From Lama guanicoe (lineage: Eukaryota), in contig MU056000.1 of the NCBI GenBank assembly GCA_013239625.1, positions 12,351,175 through 12,411,174 on the forward strand: a DNA stretch of 60,000 nucleotides, read 5' to 3'. The notes beneath the pieces are model-generated. The model did no database searches, had not been told where the DNA came from, and saw only the letters and a program-made list of their open reading frames with translations. The translations under genes and the position numbers were made by a program. Positions 36,121-46,838 of this stretch are shown piece by piece. Within the stretch, counting starts at the first letter, position 1. Every line of letters begins with the position of its first letter.

Positions 36121-36774
36121 TGAAAGGCGTGAGTTTACCACGCAGCGCGCTCTGCTGCTCTCAGGTTTGCTTTTATCTTCTTTGTGATGACACAAGCCAC
36201 TCCTGTCTTGCCTGGAGAACAACTACCCTCAAATCACTCGGGTTCCCCATCACCTTCCTCCTTCCTTAGTCACCAGCCTGTTTCCAGAGTCCATTACAAA
36301 GTCCAGTGCAAGGCGAGTCAGGATCTACTTTCTACCTGCGAATGCTCTCTCTGTGGACACTTGGATCAAATCTAATCCCCTAAGCGGCTGCACACAGGGC
36401 CAGTCTCCTGTCTGCCCAGAGGATTTATTTCTGAGAACACAGCTAAGCTTATTTTCTGAATTCATAATTCTCCAGGCTCCTGCCTCCTCTCATTGTTTGT
36501 TTTAGCCAGTTGTTTTCCTTTCAAAGTTTTATTCCACTGTCTTACCCTTTCTTATGCTTCAGAGTCCATACAACATTTAACTGTGTTCATACAATATGGA
36601 GGAACGATCGGCTTCCGTGGGATTCCTTTTCTGTTCGTGACATTGATTACCATCCCCAGAAATATCACCTGCCAGGAGAGATGGAGTCACCCTGAAACTC
36701 CGCATCATTCCTGGCTTCACCAGTCCCCAGCAGTGACACTGTTCCAAATCATAAGAGAAAGAAAACAGAAGGAG

Positions 36775-36952
36775 ACTCCATTGATCACCTTCTAGCCTCG
36801 ATGCTTCATTTCATAGTTGAGAAAACGGGAGCCTAAAGAGTGAAAATGACCTACCTGAGGTCAACAGGTGTTGGCAGAGCCAGGACTGGAACCAGGTGTC
36901 CTGACTTACAGTCGAGTGCTTTTTTTTTTTTTTTCAATCACATCACACTGCC
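36775..36952 (-). mobile_element. MIR SINE
   Basis: catttcatagttgagaaaacggg...tgacctacctgaggtca...ggcagagccaggactggaaccaggtgtcctgac. Confidence 0.8.
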
Positions 36953-37094
36953 TCCCCAGAGGTACCAAACTCCAGAAGAATAAGGTTTACATGAAGCATT
37001 GTACAGCTGCAAGACAGTGTAATAATGCCAGTAAAAGGGCTATTTAATTTCAGGAGGTCAGATTTCTAAAGTTTTCCTCCCATTGTGTGTCACT

Positions 37095-37285
37095 CGTTCA
37101 GGGCTGCAAGGGCGGCCTCTATTCAGCCTGTTTTGAAAGTGCCACCAGCGTGGCCACGCTTAGTCATGGGTGCATCATCTGAGTCTGTTCGAGGACTTCA
37201 ATAGCAGATTATTTGACATCGTGGCCCAAGAACTCTAAAGTATTTACTACCTAGTCCTTTATAGCAAGTCTTTGCAGACTGCTGA
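37095..37285. mobile_element. MER58A-like MITE remnant
   Basis: gcctgttttg...ggccacgc...gtggcccaa...aaagtatttactacctagtcctttatag...tttgcagactgctg. Confidence 0.6.
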
Positions 37286-37310
37286 TGTAAATTAAAAGGT
37301 GGTAATAAGG

Positions 37311-38215
37311 CGTGTTTGTCTTTATTGGCTGCCATTACAATTGATCCGACTCAGTGGCTTGAAACACTACCAGTGATTGTCTTACAGTTCTGGAAGACAG
37401 GACTTAAAGTGTCAGAGGGTGGTGTTACCTGTGGCAGCTCTAGGGGGGGTCTGTTCCCTTGCCCTTTCCAGCTTCTTGAGGCCCCTGAAGTCCTGGCTTA
37501 TGGTCAAAGACAGCAGTGCAACATTTTCAAGTCTCTCTCCCTCTCTGTTTCTCTTGTCATATCTCCTTCTCTGTCCCTGGCCCTTCTGCCTTGCTCTTTC
37601 TCTTATAGAGACATCTGTGATTTTGTTGGGCTCATCTCGACAATCCAGGATCATCTCCTGTTGACTGAAGAAGAACGCACAACCTAACATTGAGAATTAT
37701 GTTTCATTCGGGGACCTTAGTGTGGACTGTAGCCCTGGAGACAGCCTCTCAGAGAGCTCTGCGGAGATAAGGGAGGAGCCAGGATATATAAGAGTTTTTG
37801 CTGAAAAAACAAAACAAAACAAAACAAGAAAACATGTAGTTGAACATCAAAAGATTACTGCTAATCATAAAACCCAGACACCTAAGGTTAATGATTTTAG
37901 TGCTTTTCTGTGTGTGGGAAGAAGTAAGAGTCTGGGATCATTTAAGTTATTCTTCAGATATACATCTTAACTGCCTAAGGTCAGTATCCTGTTTCTCTGC
38001 GTCCTGAATGCCCCTCAGGTACACTGGCGGGGTGGCCACAGTGGCTGATGGTTTGACGGTGGGCAACGTTCTTCGTTTCCTGGAATGGCCGGTAGCATTT
38101 CTGTCCACACTCTCATCTCAAGGTTAGCCTATTACCACCTTAGTTTGATCATCCTTGTTTTGCTTTCCCTTTGCCATGTAATATAACACATTCATAGGTT
38201 CTGCTGAACAGGAAG
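37311..38215 (-). mobile_element. MLT1 LTR interrupted by an ERV LTR
   Basis: ggctgccattacaa...cagtggcttgaaacac...cttacagttctggaa...caatccaggatcatctcc, resuming ctctcatctcaagg...cctttgccatgtaa...cattcataggttc. Confidence 0.8.
37659..38109. mobile_element. ERV1-like solo LTR (451 bp)
   Basis: tgttgac...gtccaca termini; flanks ctcc/ctct (3 of 4) splitting a contiguous MLT1 motif. Confidence 0.75.
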
Positions 38216-39464
38216 TCAGACGTTAACATGGCCAAAGTTCTGCTCACGACATGAAGACCAGCGTGGCACTGAGCCTCCCAGAGGGACCTGGCTTTATGAC
38301 GAGTGCTGCAGGGATGGCAGGACCATCAGTGCTTGTGCTGTTATGCATTTACTTTACGTCCTTGAACAGGCCAGTTAAGTCTCAGCTTAGCTGCCTCATT
38401 ATTACAGTGGAGATAATAATAGCTAATTCATACAGTTGTTTGATGATTAAATACCTTAGGTAACATTCCTTGGACGTGTCTTGGCATGTAACACTACTCA
38501 GTAAAAGTCTCTTCCCTGTCTGCTGTGGGCTGTGTGGTCGCTCTTGTGTGTTGGGTCCTTTGGCAAAGACGTTGACGGGAACTACGTGGCTTGCCTTCCT
38601 TCCTCTTCTGTGGAGAAGGCAGACCCTTGATCCCTCTGCATTTTCATCCCCAGTAGCAGCATGTATCAAGTTGTAGGATGCTAGATTATTATTATTATAG
38701 AACCCTCCACTCCCTGACTCTTTAAAATAATAATCCATGGAACACTTTTAACAGATTGTATAAACACATCGTCTAGCTTTGTGCTGAGGCTTTACAAATG
38801 TTCACGTGGCTGTCCAAGCGGCCGCTTGGACGGAATGGCATCAGAATCTCCAGCTGCAGGGGGCCTGCCCCATCCTGCTTTGTCTTTCCGGAGCCAAGCG
38901 CTGAGCCTCCTCATCTCACCCAGTCCACTCAGGGCCAGCTGCGTCAGGGGAGAGCATATTGTGAAGGAACTGAGCTAAGGTCTTTCTTTACAGTTTCTTT
39001 CCAAAGTGTATTTTCTTTATGGTTAAGGGTCTAGGTACAGAGACACACCTGTATTAAATCTTTGTGACTGAATCTTAATCACACTAATCAGTAGGTTCAG
39101 AGAAAAAATGGATAAATTTTTTCCATGTAGTAGGTGAATTCCAGAAAAAAACCCAAGTTTAACCATTTTCAACATTGTCTCATTATCAGGATTCCAAATA
39201 GCAGGCCACCCTCCCTGTGCACACCATCTGAAACAAGACTTGCTTCCCTGGAACTGGCTGTGCTGGAAGGGCGGCTCCATTTGAGTGAAGTCAGCTCGGT
39301 CTGGAGAGCAGGTGAATGGCTCTGCCTCTGGGTGAAGCCTACACTGTTGAAGCTGGGAGGAGAGAGTACCTTTGTTCCTTTAAAGTCAATACAGATACCA
39401 AACCCTGGACCTTAAATTCATGAAGAAGAAGGAAAGAAATTCCTAAGCTGCTGGGGATTCTAGC

Positions 39465-39690
39465 CACTATTTATTGATTACTTTCAATATGCCAAGCATT
39501 ATTCTAGTGCTCTGTGATGATTAACTCATGTAATCCTCCCCATAGTCCTAAGAAGCAGGTGCTACTACTATTAATCCTATCTGACAGATGAGAAGGTAAT
39601 ATTGTTCCCATCAGGCAGAGAGAGGTCAAGTAACTTGCCCAAGGATGCACAGCTAGGAGGAGACAGAGTTTTCCAAGCCAGGTAAGGAGT
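39465..39690 (-). mobile_element. MIR SINE
   Basis: atttattga...tatgccaagca...ttaactcatgtaatcctc...acagatgagaa...aagtaacttgcccaagg. Confidence 0.8.
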
Positions 39691-40734
39691 CCCTGCAGGC
39701 CCTGAAGACAATTCGAGACTTCTCCCTTCTTTATCTCCTCCCTAAGGCCGGGCAGTTCTAGAAGAGTAAGGCAGTCTTGCCAATAGAAAGAATAGAAGAA
39801 ACAGGGAATGAGGACTAGTTGGGCTAGATCCAGAATTTTCTAGCATGTTTATGAGTGAAAACCGTAACACCAAAGTTAACTCTATTATTTTCATTTCTTC
39901 CAGATTTCCCTCTTCTCTTTGTTATCATTCTTCAGGATAAGGTTCTCTTTGTTATTATTTGAAAGTTGTGGTGTGGGTAAGTCTCTCTTTCTCAGCATTC
40001 TTCCCTTGAACAATGGGACCCTGCCAGCCTTTTCATCCTGCTCCCTCCTTATCTTTCTTACAGAAATTTAAATGCCATATTAGCCACTGGCCTCATGTTT
40101 GGTCAGTGCTTTTAAGAAGGAACAGGAAAGCAAAACACAACTCAGTTCAAACATCCACCCTCTTGGCTTTATTCCCCAGGATCTGCCGTATGTGTACAGA
40201 TGATGCATCTTTCTAGAAGCACATTTTACCTCGGAGCTGCAGAGCGCCTACAAACGCTAGGGCAGAATCCAAAGAAGGGTGCTCTATGTACCTGTGGATC
40301 ATCCAAAGTACAGAACAATATGTCCATTGTTCTGAGAGGGGTGAGTCTGCAGCCTTCACAGGCAAGGAGAGCGTGCTGATTTGACTTAAATGCATTTTTT
40401 AAGCTCAGCTGTGGAACACGTTTTTGATTTACAGAGGCATTTATGAAGCTGGATGATGGGTTTCCACAATTTGTTAAACAGCATTCTGCAGATTATTGCA
40501 AAAAGGATTCAGGGAGTAGAGAGCGATATAATGTATCCCAGAACATTGGTTAAAAAAAAAATGTGGAGTTATGTGTGGGAAGCACAGAAGGAACTTAAAA
40601 GAAATTCAGGGAAGTTAAGAACATTAACTAGGCTAATACAAAGGATATTAGCAGTGAGCCCATTTGATGGGTAAATAGGCAGACTAGAATGAGATCCCTA
40701 ATTGCTGCTGAATCCCTTGGGGAGTGGTTCTTTC

Positions 40735-41285
40735 AACATTTAAAAAACATTTATTGAGCACCTTCTGAATACCTTCAGGAGTCTAAATCCTGGTGATACA
40801 ATAACAAACAAAGCAGTCATCTCCCTAACAACTTTACATTTTAATGCAGAAACTAACCAAAAAAATTCAATAAATATACAATACGTAAGGTGGTGATGTG
40901 TGCAGAGTAAGGAAATGAGAGTGGAGAGGAAGAATTCTATTTGATATAGAATCATAGAAGAAGGCCTGCCTGATAAGGTGACATTTGAGTTGAGATCAGA
41001 AGAGAGCAAGGAAATCAGTTGTGCAGATATCTGCGGCAGTGAGCATTCCAGACAGAAGGAATGGCAGGTACAAAGGCCCTGAGGTAGGAGTGTACTTGGA
41101 GGTGTCAAAGACAAGCAAGGAAGCCAGGAAGAGAGTGGAGGAAGATGATGTGAAGCTAAGTGGAGATTGTATAGTGCCTTGTAAGCCATCTAAGGATTCT
41201 GGTTTTAGAACAGAAGACTGGCATGACCTGGCTTAGATTTTAGAAGGATCACTTTTGCTCCATGTGGAGGCAGACTTTGCAGAGG
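40735..41285 (-). mobile_element. L2a LINE 3' fragment
   Basis: aacatttattgagcacc...gaaggcctgcctgataaggtgacatttgag...gagcattccagacagaaggaa...caaaggccctgaggtagga...ttttagaaggatcact. Confidence 0.85.
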
Positions 41286-41849
41286 GAAAGACCACATAAC
41301 TATGAAAACTTTCTTCCAGATCTGCAAAATATCAGTAAAAGTAACTGTTCCCAAATATTTTAATGGAAGACTCTATTCAGATAAAAGAAACAAAGTGTTT
41401 GGCATGATCTTTAAATGACTCAAGGGGAGGGGGGAGTATTGGGCAAATATAAACAACCTGGCATTCAAGAGGTGAAGCTGAAATATGTTTTCAGTCTAGC
41501 GTCTGCAACAGCCAAGTCATCATAGCACAATCAAAGCCAGCTGGGACCACGGAAGATGACTCCACATCCTGTTGATGCTCTGCTTGGCACAACGTGGATG
41601 GAAGCCAATGAGGACGGGAGGGATGGAGGCCCATGGCTGCTGCCAACCTTTGTTTAAAGCTAGGGGAAACTCCTGATTCAGCTTAGCTCTTTTCTGCAGC
41701 TAGCAAGGGGGGAGGACGTAGAGGGAAGAGGCCGAGGTTGCCATGATATGTGTTATGGGGTCCTCCAACGTCTCTCTGGAGCCATTAGTGAGCCTTTTCC
41801 AGTTCTTCTTTAAACTGTGAGGTCTTTTCGCTGGTGATGCTCGCTAGCC

Positions 41850-42050
41850 GCCCTTATTCAGCATATACCACATGCCAGGCACTGTGCTGACTTACCGTAT
41901 TCATCATCTGATTAATTTGCTTTCACAACAGCTCGATGTGGAAGGTACTATTATTACCACCTACATTTTTCAGAACTGGGATCTGAAGTTTAGAGACTTT
42001 CATAAGAACTGGGATTCAAAACCAGATGATCAGAATCCCGTCTGTACAGT
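41850..42050 (-). mobile_element. MIR SINE
   Basis: catgccaggcactgtgct...tcacaacagc...aggtactattattacc...cattttt. Confidence 0.7.
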
Positions 42051-42608
42051 GAAACAATAACACAGTCTCAGCGTTACTTGCCAATGTCTCATGTGAGGAA
42101 TGGCCTAAATGATGGCTAAGTTTATTCTTAATTGGTTTCTCTTTAATAGCTGTTGGCATGGTTTTGCAATACCATGAGGTCTGCTTACTCCCAGTGCAGG
42201 CAATAAATAACAAGGTATTAGACTGATGTGAGAAAATGCTTATTGCCATGAGGCAAGCCCTACTTTTAGCAAACCTAGTAACGTGAAACAATAAGCTTAC
42301 AGAACAGGCACTAGAAGGGCTTGCTTTGGCCATAAACTTTCTCATTTCTTTGCCAAAGGATTTTCCAGAGTGTTCCTTTAAATAGTGGGCTCAATAATGC
42401 ACCGAGTGTACAACTGACATTTGTCCAAGGGAACAGGGGTTCTGACACATGTAACCACATGACTATCACTGTGAAGATAGACAGACCATGGTTGTTGGCG
42501 AAATGGTTCATCTGGGGTGAAAAGCCAAGAAGTCTGGTGCTCATAATCAAGCGTCACAATTTCAAAGTGAAAGTTTCCTATTAAACTGTTTTACAAGTTG
42601 GTAGCTTT

Positions 42609-42762
42609 TTTTTTAAATTGAAATACAGTCTATTTACAATGTATTAATTTCTGGTATACAGTGTAGTGATTCAATTATCCATATATATTCTTCTTCATAT
42701 GCTTTATCATTTATACGATATCACTTGTATGTGGAATGTAAAAAATGCCACAAATGAACTTA
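42609..42762 (-). mobile_element. short young L1 with 5' inversion and ~19-bp TSD
   Basis: antisense 3' tail (aattgaaatacagt...) joined near 42713 to sense L1 piece gatatcacttgtatgtggaat...cacaaatgaacttattt; tttacaagttggtagcttt at 42590-42608 and 42763-42781. Confidence 0.9.
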
Positions 42763-42894
42763 TTTACAAGTTGGTAGCTTTAAACTATGACTGAAAGGTG
42801 TGCTTGCTACACACTAGCAGAGAAGCTCTGTGCATACACCATCAGGTTTTTTAATTTTTGTTTCTTTGTTTTGTTTCTTTTGTTTGGTGGGGAT

Positions 42895-42969
42895 CCTTCC
42901 TTCCTCCCTCCCTCCCTCCCTCCCTCCCTCCCTTCTTTCCTTCCTTCCTTTTTCTTTCTTTTTTTTTTC
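42895..42969. repeat. (TTCC)/(CCCT)n polypyrimidine microsatellite
   Basis: read directly. Confidence 0.9.
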
Positions 42970-45025
42970 ACCACCAGATTTTAAATCAATATTACTTTCA
43001 TAACATGGGGACCTTTTCTCTGGTCTTGCTGTTTATAAAAATGCCTAGGTATTCTGATGGGAAATGCTCTGTAGATAATAAAGTATTAATAACTGGCTGA
43101 AGAAAGAAAGAGATAGAAACGGAAGGATGTCTTTTTGTTCTTTTATCCCAGCTACACAGTTCAATCCGTCCATACTTGGGGGCCTGGGGACAGATGAGTT
43201 ATAGAAACAGGAGTAGGTGAAGGCAGTGAGCTACGCCGCCTCTCTCAAAAGTAGGGCAGTGGAATAAACCCCACCCTGGCCCTGGGTTCCATGTCAACCC
43301 ACGAGGGCTGCGCAAGGTAGGAAAAAGTCTTTGGGGCTGTCCGAGAAAAAGGGGAAGCACTTTCAGAATTCATAGCCAAAGGCTGTTACCGAGAATTGTG
43401 GGATTAGCAAACTCACCCTCCCGCCCTAAAGCTGAAGGTAGTGGATGGAGAGGTGAGTTTGGTGGATGGTTTAGAACCTCATTTCTGGAGGACTATCAAA
43501 TGTATCTCAGTTTAATTCTGAACAGAGACCGATAGTCCACATTCAGATAAAGCAAGCTCTATATACGGTCTGAAGTGGTTTCCATCCTACACCAAACTTG
43601 AATCTCCCCACCCTGGCCCCGTTGGTTACCAAGGATCTGATATTGGCTTCCTGATCTATATAATGGGCCCTGTGTTCGCATTTCCCTTCCGGGTCACTTC
43701 CACACTTCAATCACTCGCTCGGTATTTTTCCTTAATTTGGAAAACGAAACACTTTCCAGAGGGTTTTTCCCCCTAGGTAACTGTGAACTCCTTTTCTTCC
43801 CCTTTCTTGTAATTTGTTTTCTAATTGTTGATTTTTTTACTGTTTATAAGTGTTTTCACAAATATTTTAAAGGATTATTTAAAGTTAAGCCAGTAAATTT
43901 TTCCCCCTTGGTGTTAAAAAAAAAAAAGGAATAAGAAAATCACTTTTCCCCTGTACTTAGTTTATGGTTTGGGCAAACCTTTTTATCTTTCTAATTGAAT
44001 GAGCAAAACAACTGGATGCATGACGGATTATAGGAATGATGATGATAAAGAATTTTAAACATCTCTTAAAGCTTCAGCAACTCAGAGTAGTTCCAGTGTA
44101 TCTTACTTACATGGAGGCAACACTTTAGTAGTACAAATTGGTAGTTGTCACTTAATAATTTTAGGGAAAAAAATTTCATTTTAATGACATCTCTCCAGGG
44201 AAACAGTAACAACCTGTGCTAAATAACCATGTATTCAAAGACATGCTAATACTAACTTTGTTGAAAAGAGCTATGTGTGCTGATTGACTTAAAAGTGAGA
44301 GAGCCTTTAGCCCCCTCTGGGAAGTTTGTGTTTTGGCTAGAAAAGTCTTTCCTTGGTCTGTAAACTGACGCATTGGTTGTGGATTTTTTTTTAATTAAAT
44401 GTTTTATAATTAAAGATGAAGAAAAATTCAAGCAAGCAGCATTCCCTAAAATGTAGATCTGCCGGCAGAAGTGACTGTGGCCCCACTGCGCCTTGTGTTC
44501 ACTTCCCTTCCCTTTGGTCGATGTGACTTGTTGCTTGTGGGATGAGTTTTTTCCCGTATGTTGTATTTCAGCTCTGGAAGCCTAAGCTCCATTGATTAAG
44601 TTGGGTGAGTTCATGCAAACCACAGTGCTGAAGCAGAACCATCCACACAGTTTAGTAGCTACCGTGGATATACGGGCAGCAGAGTTAACGCACCATGAAG
44701 GCACCTCCAACAGTTTCCAATCATTTACATATGCTCTTTCCTGAACAGAGTTTACATTATGATTCCTCTATTCATAAATCAAATGGTCCATTTAAAAGAG
44801 ATTACATTCAGGAAAATTTATTTAAAGCTTTGTTTGCCAGTGTTTTTACTTAAGCTAGTTCCTAAAACCTGTAATAAATAAAATGGGTGATTTTCAAGGG
44901 AGCTGCTTAACCCATCAGTATATGCAAAGCATCTTGTGCAGAAGTGAGATCCCTCCTGAAAGAGATTTTCAGAAATTTGTTTCTATTTTGGAACAAAAGC
45001 TTAAGTTGTGAGGCATTATAACATC

Positions 45026-45053
<28 letters not shown>
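45026..45053. repeat. (GT)14 microsatellite
   Basis: read directly. Confidence 0.95.
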
Positions 45054-45056
<3 letters not shown>

Positions 45057-46487
45057 CATCAAAAAACAGTAGTGTAGCATGCTCAAATACACAATGGCAC
45101 TGCAGGAAGACTTTCTCTAGAATTTTCTGTGACAACAGGGGCAGAGTCTAAATGCAGCACGAGCTACACTGACCAGCTTCCAGGGAGAGGGCTGCATATC
45201 ATTTGGAGAAAACGGGCCTTTGCTTTCAGAGAGTTAATCTAGCCTGAAAATCTAAAATACAATGGTCCCATCTCATGTTTTTCATTCATTGTTCCTGTCA
45301 TGTCTTGGTAAAGATGAATCACTAACATGCTGTTTTAATTTTATTCCTAGACTCAGTCTCCAGAATCTAAAGGGAACTTTTACCATCTGCGTTTCTAACA
45401 GCAAATCCACCCAAATCTACATGTTGAGGGGAGGAAGATGAGGAAGTCAGAGTTCTTGCCAAGAAGTCTAACAGGACTCATAACTACATGTTATGACGCC
45501 ATTCTGTGTAAAGGCCACTAGATCTACCACCCTTTGGAGGTGAGGAGGGAAATTCACTCTATCCCACAGCTTTCACCACTTTTTCACTTCAACGTAAGAT
45601 GTGTATTTTCATTTCTGGAACTGCACGTATGATGAAGTCGAATCCCACGTAAAGAAGCAGAGCCCAGTGGTGGGCACTGGGGAGGGGAGGACGAAGGCAC
45701 CTCAGCAGGAGGAAAGAATGCCGGGGCCTCCTCCTCTGGGAAACTCTGCTTCACGGCCAGGAATCCTGGGAATTTTCTCAAGCTGCCCGCCCGCCCTGAG
45801 AAAGCAGTTTGACCTTCGCGTGGCTGGTCAGTTACGGAGATGAGATTCCAGCCTAGTGACTGCCAACTTGCAAAAGGCTCTGAATGTTTTATTTCGACTT
45901 TTTGTTTCTATATTCCTCCCGTAAAAAAAGTATCATCTGGGGACCTTCATAAACAAACCTTTTAGCATTTTTTCTAAAGTCTGTAAAATAGAAGCAAATT
46001 AAAGCTGTGTCATGACCTTAAAACTATTACCATCATTTCCTTTTCTAGAGGCAAATATTTACTACTCAGCTTAATATGTTACCATGTCCTGAATGCTCAG
46101 CATTCAAAAAATTAATTTGCCATTTGTCTTATAAATGATTTTCAAAACCTGTGTACATTATGGCACGCTTGAATGTGTTACCAAGTTTATCTGTATTTCC
46201 TGTCATTCATTATTTAGAAGAAATAACATCTCCTAAAACAATCCATGGGATATAAAAAGTCAAGATTCTTGTGACATTAAGTACTGAAATTTTATATTAA
46301 TTACCTCAGTAAATTACTTTATATAATTGTGGTTTACAACATCCCTGAGCAGATGAACTGCAACTGACTTATTTATCCCCAGCTCTAATCATATTTCCAG
46401 ACCTAGGCAAGCACTTAGCATGTGTTTAATGTCATTGTTCAGGGAGTTAATATAAGTCTGAGAGAAACAGCATTGAAGTTCACGGGT

Positions 46488-46838
46488 TTATTATAGACTG
46501 AATGTTTATGTTCATTTCACATGTTGAAAACTTAATTGAAAAATGGGGTGGGTTCTTTGGGAGGTGATTAGGTCATGATGGTGGAGCCCTCGTGGATGGG
46601 GTTAGTGCCCTTATAAGGGAGAGCCAGAGAATTCTGTCCCCCTTTTGCCAAATGAGGACACAGAGGGAACATGGCCATCTGCGAACCAGGAGGCAGGTTT
46701 TCACCAGACCCCACATCTGCCAGAGCCTTGGTCTTGGGCTGCTCAGCCTCCAGGACTGTGAGAAGGAAGTTTCTGTTGTTTATAAGCCACTCAATCAATG
46801 GTATTTTGTGCACAGCAGCCCAAACAGACTAAGCCATG
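46488..46838 (+). mobile_element. MLT1A solo LTR
   Basis: atagactgaatgtttatg...tttgggaggtgattaggtcatga...ggagccctc...cagcctccaggactgtgaga...cagcagcccaaacagactaag. Confidence 0.9.
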
